Source of the DNA: Tubiluchus corallicola
Taxonomy: Eukaryota > Animalia > Priapulida
Direction of reading: 5' to 3'
DNA: 64,000 bases
NCBI GenBank assembly: GCA_030141605.1
Contig: JAQGDQ010000012.1
Coordinates: 948,359 to 1,012,358 of the forward strand
Below, piece by piece: positions 41,720 to 56,800 of the stretch (positions are counted from its first letter, which is position 1; every line of letters starts with the position of its first letter). Under the pieces are notes generated by a model. That model had not been told where the DNA came from and did no database searches. It saw only the letters and a list, made by a program, of their open reading frames with translations. A program made the translations under genes and the position numbers.

Positions 41720-43981
41720 GGAGCTCACGTGATTTTCAAATCTAGCAATACAAGACATCAATAATCTTCGAGCAATTTCAAAGTTTAAGTTAACTCAGTT
41801 TTTTCCCTCAAGCGAATTTGCTCTGACTAAGCCTGAACTCTAGGTTCCTATCAATGCTGATGATGTTGAAATTATTATTGTGTAATAACATTCAAACAAT
41901 TTATGCACCATGCTTTTGGACAACACCAGATAGTTGAAAAGGATTTTTAATTCATTTGAATTTTTGGCATGGTCTCTGGATCGAGTATATTGTCACTTTT
42001 GTGACGAAAACTAAGGTTGGAATTAATTTATGTTGCTTACTTTAACATAGAATAGTTTATTTCTTCAGTGTGATTTACAGCAACAATGTTAGTTCAATAT
42101 TACGTAAATGCAATCATGAGCAGGATAGCGAGGGACCACAGGGTCATCTAGTCTATTGTCCTTTCACGTAAAGGCAGGCTTAAAAAATGCAAGTAACAAA
42201 AACAATAAAGAGAAAAAACAAAACAGAACAATAATAATTAATTGTGAATAAACATACAATCAAAAAGAAAAGTTAAATACATAAATCTGAGCAAAAGAAC
42301 ACAATTTGGGGGACAATAAAATATTTGTAAGCAACATAATAAACCCTTAACTTGTACTCATGTTGGGCAAACTATACACAATATAAATATTTTATATGTT
42401 GGTGTGAAGCAATTTAATCTATCATTCTATCATTATTTGTTTTCTTTTCGCATTTTTACAAACATGCATTTCCTGAAAGTGTTTAAAACAAAGCCAGCCT
42501 TAGTCATGTGACCTAAGCTTTAGTAGTATACGCCACCTATCAATCACACTTGTTCTTACACATAGTTGCATTTTCTGTTGCCGCTATGCTGACCATGCCG
42601 TTTGGTGATACTTTCATTGCTTTGTCTATTTTGTTGCAATTTAACAGTCACTAGTTGTATTTTCAAGCCAAAGTTGTCACCAGTAAATATAAGTCACCAT
42701 CTACTTTAATAATTAGTTAAAAGTTTAAATTGGTTATAATTGCTTCAATTCTCTAGAATCATAAAGTAATAATTTGTGTTTCAGTCTTCTTAAATCTAAC
42801 TTTTCATTTTGTCTAAATAGTAATAAGCTTTAGCACATTCGTAAGCACTTTTTGTGATCTGTTATTTTAATAAATTGCAGGTCTATCGCACAGGTCAATA
42901 CTAATTTTTGCCGTTTCTTTGCCTGGACTGGGCGCATCCACATTACAAGTTTCTTCTCTTCTTATGTTCAATTTCTTGGTCTTGAACTGTGATACGCTCT
43001 TAAACGAAAGCTGGATCCAATCTTAAACTATAGCTCGAAACAATTTAACTTATGAAATATGAAAGGGAACGTACTATTTTTTCACAAATGAATAACTTGA
43101 AGGAATGATTACCACAGGATTGTAATTTCGCATTCACGTGGCTAGTTGTTCATTGTTACATGCATTTCGCCATCCGCTAATTAGATGGACACTAACGACT
43201 GCATAGCAAAAACGTGTTGTGTAAAAAACAGGTGCTGTACCTTTTATTTCAGAGATGTTCAATTGTGACATTGAACACACGTTTTAAAGCTCATGCGTGA
43301 ATACAGAGGTAAACTTGAAATTTGAATTTCAAACTTAGATTTGCCAAGTTTTTCTACATCACACTAAATGTTATGCAGTAGCATTATACATACCTTTCTA
43401 CTGTTACCGTTTAGTCCGAGTGGTACTGACCTTGTTTGGGGCGATTTGTATTAGCATTAAAAAGCATAAAAAAACTATTATGAGGCACACTTAACTAAGC
43501 TGAAACAATGCACAGAGGACATCTTGACTATCAAGAATATTGCTTCGAGGTATACTACTGTAGACTTGGCAGGAAAACTTGGTAAACAGTGCCAGAGTAT
43601 TAAAAGAAACACTAATGACAGCACAGTACAATCATAAAGCTCCGATAACAAAGTTTATTTTAATGTATGGATCGAATAAGGCCAACATAATGTAAATGTA
43701 CAATACTCCAAATTCAGCTAGCTACAATTAGTGGATGTACTGTACTTATTACAAAGGTAATTTCTAACCACTTCCAACAATAGTGCAAAGAACATAATAT
43801 CTATGCAAGTAGTTACTTAGCATTACTAAAAGAGACACAACTGGTAAAGACTGTACTAATGCCATTTTTAAGTAAAACTTTTTAATGTCTCTCTGAGTAC
43901 TTATATTTTCCTCTACTGTTAATACATCATGACTGATATTATTATGAAAAATAATTACCCTATTACTATGAGTATAATTTA

Positions 43982-44089
43982 ATCACGTTGAAAACACTGG
44001 TTCTCGTCTGATCACCGAAGTTAAGCAACATAGAGCCTGGTTAGTACTTGGATGGGTGACCGCATAGGAATACCAGGTGCTGTAGGCTT
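43982..44089 (+). pseudogene. 5S rRNA-derived sequence (positions ~13-120), head of a SINE
   Basis: atcacgttgaaaacactggttctcgtctgatcaccgaagttaagcaac...ggttagtacttggatgggtgaccgc...gtgctgtaggctt matches invertebrate 5S with box A and box C; first ~12 nt missing; no oligo-T terminator. Confidence 0.9.
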
Positions 44090-44522
44090 GTGGGATGCCC
44101 ACACTGTGTCTCGACACTAAGCGGAGGAGCCACACAAGCAGCCAACGGCTAGAGGGCGGAGGAGGTCAAGTGACCCAACGGCCATGTGTAGAGGAGTAAA
44201 CCTTCCAAATCAGGAGTGGAGCCCCGAAGGCGGACCAGTGCAGCATGCTCACTGACTCCGGCAGCTCCTGCAGCCAACCTGGTGCCAAACGTATCGCTCC
44301 GCTTTCCTTTGGACTACACCAGGGAGGAAGAGAGGGGGTTCCTGTTGTCTGGGCAACTCAGGATCTCCATACACCTTGCCCAGGCGTGCGCCCTGGAGAC
44401 GTTCAAGGATCGCACTGCTCAGCCACAGTCGACGCTGCAGCTCCATCAATGTGATCAATAACTGACTCTCTTGGTGCACACTCCATTGTCTTCCGAGACA
44501 GAAGGATGCCAACAACAACAAT
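43982..44522 (+). mobile_element. 5S-rRNA-derived SINE (SINE3-type), ~540 bp
   Basis: The 5S head runs directly into a ~420-bp GC-rich body ending ...gtcttccgagacagaaggatgc-(caa)n, in sharp contrast to the AT-rich flanks. Confidence 0.75.
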
Positions 44523-44873
44523 TGTTAGCAACTGTTACCAACTGATATTGTACTTTTTGGGCTCTTTAGCGACACTAGTCACTAATTTAAATTTCTTTCG
44601 TCACATATTTTTTGTGAAGTGAAGAGTTTAACAACAATATGTAAGCTACATTCGTACACAATTAATAAAAGTATTTATAAAAAAATAAACTCTGTAAATG
44701 TATAACTCAGAAAATATAAGCAGCTGTAATTTATCTATCATATTCATTTACCTAGATATATATTATCAATTTTGACCACCCGTCTTATCAAAATTATAAA
44801 ATTATATAAAGTGTTAGTTCCTAAATAATATAAAGTATAGAAACTATAAATTATAAGGCATTATGATACCTAA

Positions 44874-47800
44874 TTAAATTTTCAGCTGTTTTCCACATGT
44901 CATTCTAATTTTTTCAGCTGTTGCAGGTGGAAAAAAGTGAAAATCACCAGGGCAATCAGCACCACTTCTAGCTGATGCAATGGCATCTCGAATGGCAAAG
45001 AATGCGGATGCACCGAGCAAGAATGGGGGCTCACCAATACCCTGAAAATAGAAGAAAATAACGTCCAAAGCCACAAAACTATGTGTGTAAAGAAAGAGCA
45101 AAACACATTTTCCTAATTAGTGCTTGAGTGGCAGTCATTTCTAAAATCTTATTTTGAGCTCGAATGGCAATACATCATTTCTAAAAAATTAATAGATGCC
45201 CCAACTTACTGCACTGCTCAGAAAATATTTCTTAAACATTTGCAGAAAAAGTAATATCCGCTACACTAGTAATACTTTAACCAAAAGTTTCTCAAAATAT
45301 TACATTACGAGTATAGTAGAAAATGCCAAGATTACATAAGACTTGGAATTATCACTATTACAGAATCAAAGATTTCAATTTTAAATTTGTGATTTTGTTT
45401 ATGCAATGCAAAAATAAAATAAAATCTGTGTTACTGTAACGTTTTGGCCAAAATATGCCTAGACATTATATTTAACTAAGTTGTGAATGTTTAACACAAG
45501 TTACAGTAAACATTTTTTTAAATTAGTTATAAGCATATTTGCATACAAAAGCAAACTTGGAATTTGCTACAGTTACAACGCGCAAGCTTACGTATAACAG
45601 CCTACAACAGGTTTTATCCTAGTATTTCCTGGAATCTTATCTGCCTAGCGCCTCACAAAAGTGCTTGATGAGAATTGGTCCACGATTGTCACCAGGTTAT
45701 ATTCGTAAGTTTGACGTTTTTCCTTCATAATTACTAAATCAGTATGCATTTTCAGAATTACTAAAACTTATTTAATCCATAAACATAATAACCCATAAAC
45801 ATAGTTTTTATTGCTCTGAGTAAATTGCTAAAGTTGCTGTCGTTCTAATGTTACATCATTAGTGCATCCACCTAGCAACAGGGCCGCCACATGGAGCAAC
45901 ATGCAGCAATTTTTAAATTCACAATCCATTCTCGTTTAAGTGCAGCGGATATTACATTCTCTGACATTTGCTGCTATCGTATACACTTCTGTGAGTTATA
46001 ATAGTTAATATAGCTAAAGAGAAAATCTACTCGTCTAATAGAATGTTTTAATATAAAAAGAGTTACAAAAAGGTTTCGCAGTCCATTTATCAGTAATTAT
46101 TAAAACACAAACAATGAAAAATGTGTGACACAAACCTTAGAAGAGTAAACAGCCTTAGGGTTGCTGCTGTTGCGTAATAAAGCAACATTAAATTCAGTAG
46201 GAATATCATTGAATCCAGGAATTTTGTAAGTTGCAGGATTTCTGCTGATCAGTACTCCATCGTTTGAATACTTTATCTCCTCAAGAGTTACATAACCATA
46301 TCCCTAAGATTGTAACAAACATTTTTCTAAAAACAACACGTTTTTTAAATTTCAAAGCACAAAAGAGACTGTCATAAGCATTAACACACGGGCAAGGTAA
46401 GTTTTTGCGAAAATTAACTGTAAAAAGCCAAAAATCAAGTTATAAAAACCAAACTTTTAGGAGCACAATTATTTATATTTAATGTAATTAAATTAAGCAA
46501 TACAGTACATTAATAAATTAGTCAAATGCTTGAACATTAACATGCACTGAAGTTAAGAAAGTAAAGAGTGTAAATGTAACACAATGACTAAGGTAACTGT
46601 TTTAGAAGTACACTAAGTATTCAAACGTAAATAAGAATAAGTGCTTGAGCAGTAAAGTAGCTATTAAGTTGTAAAATCAAGAAATAACAAGTGCAAGTCT
46701 GCTTTTTTAACTGTGTTGCTAAGCCAGGGTACTGCCGCATGTGTTGTTTCATATGCAATGGCATATTTTTATTTTTGTTGAAAAGGTCACCTAATTTAGG
46801 TCATGTAAAAAGTCAATTATTGAATAAAAAATATGCAATGTGGCAATGTGCTGTTGTGACAAAACACTGTGACCTATTCAAAGACTAATTAATTCAGACT
46901 TAGTTAGTCAACTAGCAACTAAGAAGGTCCAAAATGAATTAAAAAATAAGCACCTTCTTAGAGCACCGATGAAATTTTTTTAATGTAGCAAATAATTTTA
47001 AAAAGTTTTAATCTTTAACATACCCTGAAGCTTACTAGGTTATACCTTTTTTTACTGACATGCTGAAAAATGTGCATCAAACTAACATGTTTTTTAAATA
47101 AAAGGTATTTTGCCGCTGTAAAGCTTATCTTAGCATTGATCAGCAGATTGAGCTATACATTTAGATAGGTAATGATAATTACAGTAATTCTATGAAGCAG
47201 TAAAAATAATAATGATATTCGAAGAAAGGCAACTGGCAGAATAATTTATTTGGCCAGACTAATATGTTTCTCCGAGAATCATCAAGAAAAAATTTAAATT
47301 TCCTACTTCACATACCAGTGCTGTTCTTGTGTCTTATGGAAAATTGCTTTAGCAGTTTTAAGTTTTCTAGTATTTTCTGGCTAGAACAGGAAAATGTAGA
47401 AAAATAACATCAGTGATTGTGGGACAGCAACTCATACTTATCTGTTAGGCAAAGAATAGCTTGATAAGTGATATTTAATGTAATTTGCGTCAAGCAGTGC
47501 TAGTAGTAATACGTATAATTCACAATGATTAATTAACTGTACAAATATTACATCACAAAGCACAGAATGCATAATTACCTGGAGGAATCCTCCCTCAATC
47601 TGGCCAATATCAATAGCTGGATTCAGACTTTGACCAACGTCCAGTACAATATCAGTCCTAAGCAGGACATGATCACCAGTCAATATATCAATCTCTACCT
47701 CACTGCAGGCTGCACCATAAGTCATATAAAGGTTAGAGTGACCAGTCTGAGTCTTCCAGTCAAATTCTCCAACATTTGGTGCATGAAACCCAGTAGCCGA

Positions 47801-50800
47801 GAGATTCACTCTATCCTGATATGCTCTCTTGACCTTATAATATTATAAAACTATAGGAATTCACCAAAAACAATTACTGCATGTGTGAAGCTTGATTTGA
47901 CTAAATGTGGGAAATGTTCATACTAAGATATAAATAAGCAAAATTGATTCAGCCTGCTGTTAAGGAATGCACATGCTTCCTATGCTGCTGGTAGGGAAAT
48001 CAGTAATTAAACTCTTTTTGAATAATTATCTCTTAGATGAGTACGTCAGCAATACACTCATTAAGATCAAAATCAAAGAGGTCAGTAGAGTCAATTGCAC
48101 AAGAACACAAGAATGCCCAAGCCGCTACTTTGTGATGTACACCAAAGTTTCCATCTCCAAAAACCATGACATTTGCTGAAGGATAACAGCAAAGATCTAC
48201 ACAAATATTCGGTGAGATAGTATCTAGTACTGCACAAAACTGAGAAGATGAGGGTCGATACAAAGAAACGTGATATATATATATACAAGTATTTCACTTA
48301 TTCGCATTTTCATAATCACAAATGCAATAATAACAAAAAAAACACATTATAGTACTTACAGGCCATCTACAAAGTTAATAAGAATAAAAATAAAAGTAAT
48401 TTAGCAGCTGATATACATCTTAAGCTAATCAGCTAGTCAGTTAATTAATTAACAGAATATTCAGTAATTGTTATTGTTTGAGAAGCCAGGTATTACATAT
48501 TCGCCCTGACTATGCTGTCACACTAAAATTTAACTCACGAACTCACACTGCTTTGTGCTCAGTTCTTACCCATTGTTCCCACGTGTCACCAGGTTTAGCT
48601 GCCTTATAAAGTTTCAGCCTGTCACTTATAGTCTGGCACGCTTGCAATACAGCTGGTCCGCATAAATCTGCAGTCGAGCTACCTGCACTGACTGTTGTAT
48701 TTGGGATCTTGTCCGTACTGTTGACACTGATCTGTATCTTGTCTATTGGAACTTCTAGAACACGGCTTGCAATCTAAAAAACATATTATACAGTTGGGCT
48801 TCGTTATACTCCTCTCTTTTTTAATGCCTAGTTCAATCAGTGTCCAAATTTTCTCCAGAATATATATATATATAGTAAATATACAGAAACACCTCACAAC
48901 AAGCATTACAGGTGCTCATATTTGTCACGTATACTGTAAAGGATTTAAAAGTATACTAACCAAAATGGCAATCCATTATTTACAGCACAGTAAGTATGAC
49001 TGCTCTATGAGTTGCACTTAACATCTGAAGTTATACTCACTTGGTAACACTGCCTGGTCTGATTCTATTGTGCCAATGAGAAACACTTCCATCTGGCACT
49101 TAACACTTTAGTAACACTTGTGATGTATTTAGCATGTAATGTAAATAAATCAAGCCAAAAGTCATTATGATGGCTTCAATTAATGCACAGCAGAAGAGAA
49201 AGCAGGGCAAATCCAATATGAAAACAAAAAACTTTAATTAATAAATTATTTAAATGAGAGTGATTACGTTCAGTCTACATTTATAGTCATGTTTGTGCTC
49301 AATGTACAGCAAATAGCTACCATTATTCATCAAGTTTTTTGTACAGTGAAGAATAAATGACTGACTGTTCTTCAAATGCATGCAGCTTCTCCTTAATTGG
49401 TTTTGGGCACTCATAATTGATATTAGGAAGTCTTTAATAGCATATAGCATACACCTTTATAATGCTAAACTCATTACAATGTCAAATATCACTCTTCCCA
49501 AAGTAGGTATTATATGACAGTACAGTACAACGTCGAAGCCGATACGGCTAAATCAGTGCGAGTCAGATGTCCATGAAACCATCTCTTATCCACGACTTGA
49601 ACCTTCTTGCGTATCCAAGCATCCGTCTTTCTTCATCGAGTTTTTCGGCACAGTTGTTGACTAGGGATCTCCATGCGGGACGGTCGTGAACTGCGAAAGG
49701 CAGCTTGTCCAACTTTCCACCTTTCCTCAGAGAGAACTTCACCTTGTCCTTGAAGCGAAGGAGAGGACGACCAACACTGCGAGAGCCACTGGTTAGTTCT
49801 CCATGGAGAAGGGCCTTTGTCGGTCTCTTATCGTTCATTCTGACCACATGCCCAAACCACCGAAGTTGAGCCTTAGTAAGCGTAACCTCGATATCTTCCA
49901 TCTTGGCACGATAGCACGTCTTCGTTTGCATGACAATTATATGAACATATTGTATATTTGTTTGCTGACAACACGCAATAGTAATTATTGATAATCTGTT
50001 TAGGAGAAATTACTGCCCAGCTAACAATACTAATTACAGTAGTGCATGGGACTGTTCAGACAATAAACTTTTAAAATAAATCTTTATATTTTATTTTATT
50101 TTAATGTTTCAAGATAATTCACTAGTATAATAAGAAAGTAAACAGAAGGAAATAGAAAGATATTCGAAAAGATAGTGGAAACTAATCACACCTGTAGCAT
50201 TTTCACATGCAGTCCTTGACCCATTTCAATTCCACCAAATGTTAGCATGACTGAACCATCTGTGTAAACGTGGACAACAGCCATTGCCTGGTTAAGAAAT
50301 TTAGTAGCAAATGGAATGCCAAATTTTACTGGGAGTAAATGCAAACCTCGTTTCTGCCATCGATTCTCACTACAACAGAAAAGTTGTGCTGTACACTAGT
50401 CAAGTAAAAACACAAAAGTACAGCACAAGGTAAAACAATCAAAAAATGAAGTGCATAACTAACAAACTTTCAAAGTAATGTTACAATCAAAGTTTAGACT
50501 AGAAAAAATGTGCTAAAATTTAAAGTACAATAACATTAGAAGCAAGTGCTCTACAAGGCAGAAATTTCATTCTATGATACCACAACTCATTAGCTTTCAG
50601 TTGTGAATGTTACAAGTAAGTGTAGTTTCAGTAGTGTTTAAGTTATGGCCGAAAAAAATTGAAATGACAGTGTCAGTGACCGTGTGAAATAGCAATGTCT
50701 GCTAATTATCAATTGAAAAATAGCCAGGTCGACATTTTTGAAGCACTCAATATATGACAGCAGAACAACAAAGAAATCAGGCTTTTTACATCATGGCCTT

Positions 50801-53800
50801 CATACAAAAAATAAAGTATCTATAAAGATTTGTTGTCAAGAAAAAAAGAATTTAATACTTAATCCTATGAACTACGGAACAATGAATCCAAAGAGTGCAC
50901 AATGGCTGCACAGAGCTGTTTAATTTAAAGAAACTAAAAAAATTGTTAAGATATGTGACCAAATACCCCTTAAAGAAGTAAGAAACTATATGAATTGTTG
51001 AAAGAAATGTCTATGCCTAGTTTCAGTAAAAATGGTTGATACAAGGAACACTTGCTGCAATTTTAACAATAGTGTCGCAAATTGTTTTCTGGTATTTCTT
51101 TTTTTGATTTCTTGTTTTAAGAAAAAAAAATTTTTGGTGTTTACACATAAGCATTTGTAACATCAGCAGGGCCATTTCTAACACTAGGCAAATTAGGCAG
51201 TTGCCTAGGGTGTCAAATTTCAGAAGTAATTCTTTAATTTTTAGCACAAATAATAGCACAGGATATGACTAAATGCTTAAGTGCACTTTAAAACCTTTTA
51301 ATTAGATGAAACAGATTTCTTGCATTACTTTTAAACCAAATGATATATCCATGCGAAAACAAAACGGTACTGTCTTCCCACAATAAATTGCTAACCACTT
51401 TCGCTTCACCTGGCTTCCTAAGAACATGTAATTTCAGGTAAACTGTCATCCATCATTTTATTAATTTTATTATTCAAGAGCATGCATTTTAATCCTTTGG
51501 CCTCGTAAATAGTTTATTTACTTTTAGTATTTAATAGTATTTGTAGATACTTTAAGTAGATTACAATAATTAAAGTACTTACATTAAGTAAGTAAATTAA
51601 TTTATGTAAGCTTTTACATTGTAATTTTTATTTTAGTTCTATGTGTCTACTACTGGATGGATGACAGGCAGTGATCTGTTCGAGGATTTATTTCCTTGCT
51701 GTCATCCATGGCATACAATGGGAGGCACAACCTTCGTATTGATTATGGCCATACAATTTTACTGCTTACTTTCATTCATGTATAAAATGTATATATTTAT
51801 TTTTGTGCCAAACAAATAATAAATAAGTTAATAAATAAATAAATGTACCAATTAATTGGTTTAATTTCTAGCATCGATAATGGCATTTATGTCGAAACGA
51901 TCATTTGCACTCGGTAAACATGTAGATTCCAAGAGGCTGGCTCTTTTGTGTATTACCCAAGACTCTGTAGTTATATTTTTGACACAAATGAAACAAAAAA
52001 ATAATAAAAGCATACTTTCTAGTAATTTTACGGCATGTCAAAAACTTTATCAGGTTTCTGTGCTTATAACTGTTTGTTCATACAGTGTTTAATAACTAAT
52101 AGCAGAAATCAGCACCTGGTTAACAGTAACTTAATTTTTCACCTACTTAATAAATAATCATTACCGGTTAAACTGTGCAACTTGTTCCTGTCTGTTCGAA
52201 TACTGACTTAACTTTATGCAGTCATCAATGCATAACTGACAGTTATCATCATCTACAGGCATATTATTCCACAACACATCTCCAGAGTGAAACAAATTTA
52301 GTTGTCGCACCTGAAAATACATCCATCTTTTTAAGAAATGTCATAACATTAGTCAATTTATATACTAATTACTTCTAAAACTGTGAAAAAAATCCTTGCA
52401 TGTACATGGAAAATCTGCCAAATTTGTACTTTGCAACTGTAAGTCTGAAAATCTATGGCAAACACAAACAGTCAAGCCAGTTAATAGATACCTATTCAAA
52501 TTATATTTCTGAAGTTCTCTTTTAATGCTGCATTGAAGCTAATAATAAATCAAATTTATCCTACAAAACAGCTATTGTGTACTGTAAATTTTCCATCAGA
52601 ATTTTTTTACAGTCACTACTGAAGGACCGCAGCTATGCTGTTAATCAGAAACCAAATATCACGAAACTATTAAAGTATTTTACATACATGTAATGCATCC
52701 ATATGGAGGTACTCTGCTATCTTTACAACGCAGTTTTCCATAAACAGAGAAGCCTGTGGCCGACCGAAACCTCGCATTGCATTTGCACTTGCAATATTAG
52801 TTTTACAGATGGCACTGTTGAAACGTACATTAGGAACCCGATAACAGCCACCTGTAGCCAACAGCAACTCCTTCAGTCCCTGTATAAAAAATAAATAAAT
52901 AAAATTGTGTTGCACAATAAAGGTAAAAATAGCTTTATAGAAACTGTAATAAGGTCAAGACATGAGATGTGTCCACAAAGATCAACTCTCTACTCAAACT
53001 ATTGCGCAGCAGAGAAAGCACCACACTTGTGATCATAACAGAATAGTTCGACATCACTATGTTTGTAAATCAATGAAAATTTTTAAGAAAATGGCATAAA
53101 TGTTAATGAATAATCCTACTGTCAGAAAAAAAATGTATGAAAATAGAACAGCAGAGTGCTGAATAGGCGACCAACACAAGCTTTTATTCTGTCCAACCAG
53201 TGGTGGCTCGTGTATAGGTACTGTGGTACTGTAGCACCCCCTGTTTTCACTCATTATTATCGACAATATTTAATATCATAAGTATTTTTTCTTTAGTTGG
53301 GAAATACAATTTGCTTCAAACCCAAGCAACGTGGTGTTTGGCCACTGTGTAAACTTAGCGTGTGTGCTTAAAACATAAATTATTTAATAATGGACCCCTT
53401 GCATCCCCAAGGAATAAGGTCTGAGGTTGTAAGTGAACTACAACAGTTTAATTTTTCATAGTTATCTCTCCATGAGAAAGTTGCAGTTAAAAAAGAGGCT
53501 GTTCAACACCTGATCTTTAAATATAACTATAACATTAAAATTACATGTATGTACATTTTACACAGTACTAAAACAATGGCCAAAAATTCTCTAAAGCAGC
53601 ACCCCCACTAATTTCAGCTATAATCTGCCACTGTGTCCAACTATATATTGACAGAATAGCTGCAACAATAAAAAAATTATGGCACACAATTATAACCTAT
53701 GGAAGTTATTTTAAAGTCAGTAGCAAAGTAATAAGATCTTGTGATTAGTGAAGTGAAGTTAACCAAAAATAAGTCGTATATCAACTTAATATATGTAATA

Positions 53801-56800
53801 GTTAACCAAACATATATGTCAGTTAACCACCAGAGAACAAAGTTCAAGAATGCATAAATATTCAGAACCAAAGTTAACCGACTAAAATTTTTATAACTAC
53901 ATGTTAGTAATATTAGTATAATAATTAACACAAACTATTGGAGAAAGCACAGATGCATATCCAGCATTCAGGTAGACAAAGAAATCCAATGCGTGAATTT
54001 TTCCGTTGCCATCAAATGCAACCTATAATAAAAATTCAGAATATGTTAATCAGAAGGGTAAAATTAGATGGAACATGAGATGCTGTTTTTCATATTTCTG
54101 GATTATTTTTGCTGAAAAACTGCTATACCTTGTATCTAAACAATGATTCATGTCGTCCCCCTGTTATTAAAAAATCTTCTGCCCTGCTAAAAACACATCT
54201 CACTGGACACCCAAGCCTGGAAAAAACAAAAATTACTTGTTAGTTTGAAAAGTAAATTTTTTAAACACTATATGAAAAATTGCTATCTTCTATAGTACTA
54301 AGACAGGAAAAAACAAAGCAATGAAACCAAATGTGCAAACCAAATTTTGCGGCAGAAAAATAAAACATATTCCTACCGAAAAGCAGCTACAGCAGAGGGT
54401 CCAGCAGTTAGCATGGGATCCCCTTCTTTACCCCCGAAACCACCTCCTATGGAACAAAAATTTATGATTTAGAACAAATGCTAAAAAGAAATGAACACTT
54501 ACCAACTTCTTTCCAACAACAAAAATCACTCAAGTTTCAAAGTTTCCATATTCTGATAGACCACAAAGTCAGTTCATAAATTATTCCATTGCCTTCAAGT
54601 ATAACATATACATGACATTAGCCCAAAGTTGCTGAGACAAACAATTCGGCTTAAAATGCAAAGAAATAACTTTCAAATCATTTCAACTATATGTTATTAG
54701 AAACTTATAATTTTGTTAATACACCATACACACCGCTAGGTGGTAATGGTAATGGTAATTAGTCCAGCGGTATGGTAATTAAGTCACAATATCACACACT
54801 GATACTCACATTGAAAAACATGCCACGAGCAGCCAGAACACAAAAATAAAATTCTTAACATTGTACATGAAAATATAAGAACTAGATAAATATATAAGTA
54901 TCTCACCAAGTCTTTTGGTGTATGCAACAACTCTGTTGCCAGGTATCCCCAAAATATTTGCCACACTCATCTGCAATACATAAAAACCTGTGTTCTAATG
55001 TTACACTAGTTTCACTATTTCAAAGAACTTTCTTATTTCTCGGGAGCATGCAAGGATACAGTTTTAACATCATGTGTCTTAGGAACATCTGAAAAAGTGC
55101 AAACAAGATCCAGCCGATCCTAAAGATCATAAAAAATAATACACTCCACAAAAGACGTGCATGAACCCAACAGTTAAATGCTCACAATGCACAATTATGC
55201 TTTATTGCTGAAAATTCAAAAGTAGATATAGATAAATTAAATTGTGCATAATTAAGCACGAGGTAATGATACTTTAGTAGTATGTTACAATTTAAAGTAT
55301 AAATTGCTATTAAACATTGCTATTGTATACTGCTAATTTTCATTAACACACAAAAATGATTATAAATTCTTAATGTGCAAAAATGTCACTTGTTACACAT
55401 GCAGCTGCTTTAAGGTAAGCGTTACAGCATAACAACATTGACAAAAACATTTTATACTTCTTGACTACAAATACATATAACATTTTTATCTAAATTTAAG
55501 GGATGTCAGAGAAAGAAAAGGCATAGAAGGTACAGCAAGCAATGAAATAACTGAAAAAATAGTTTCAAGGTAACGTAAAAACATCTCTCTTGCCATTGTT
55601 ATCAAAAGAAAGATACCACAAGCAATAAATGTTACTAGGGTTTGTAAAAAAAATTCAAGTGTGACTTTGAAAAAGAATTTGAAAAAGAAATTAGTATTGT
55701 TCCTAAAAAAACAAAGAAATCAGAAATTTAAACTGCTTCCTTTTATCATAAAGAAGTGAAACGAAAATAGTTTTCTAAAATTCAGGAACTTTACAACTGC
55801 ATTTTAACGATAATTTTGTAATATTTAAAATATAGTTAACAATGACATTAGCATAGAAATATGGAACTAATAAATCAGGCAAGTAGCGCTGCAAAATGCT
55901 AATACCTGCACTAGTTCTACATTTTGAGTAGCCGATAAAATATCCATCTCCATTTTTTCTCCTCGAGGAATGCAAACAGCCGACTGAGTCTCCATATAAA
56001 AATGTTGCTGTCCACCTGTCTTGAACTCTCCTTCTGCAAAAATTACACACAGTAAAACACATAGATAAAGTACATTATTTATATACTATTATAATCCTAA
56101 AAACAAAAACATGTAAGACAAGAAATACTGAACCATGTCAGTTACTGTGCAGGAGCTAAGGTCCAACTAATAAATTAAAAGTGAACACATTAAAACAGCA
56201 AACTACATAGATTAGTACTACCTAACCTATGCTTAATGCTTACTGAATATAATATATCAATTACACAATATTATATATTATACATACTTAAAAAAATCTC
56301 TCCCTATATGTAGTGTAGCATAATTACAGACATAGTACAAAAACAAAACACAGAACTATTGAATAAAATTACTTTCACCATGATATAATACCTATTACAT
56401 GTTCTGAACAGGTTAAAGCTTCATCCACATTTCCAACATGAACTTTAAAACCCGGATCTTCAAAATAGGAATTCGCCTTGATAGCATCCTGCATAAATGA
56501 AATGATTACTGTATAAAGCTTAAGCAGAACATTTCTCAAATGTTCTGAAAACAACAATATCCATAAGAATCTTTATTATCATCCTACATGTATTTTACCC
56601 TACTAAGGACTTCATCAGAGATCATTAAATAAATCAAATAAGAGAATATTCACCAAAACACAGTTATACAAGAGTTATATCAGTTATAAACATTTAAAAA
56701 AAACTTACCAGAATTCTACTATATTGGTCATAAATAGACTTAAATTTAGTGTTGGTTAGACTGGCTACGATCTTGCGCCTCCTTTAGGCATGTATACAGT

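Noticed and set aside
43982-44089. Functional 5S rRNA gene
   Set aside because: 5' end truncated, no T-run terminator, single copy fused to a SINE-like body.
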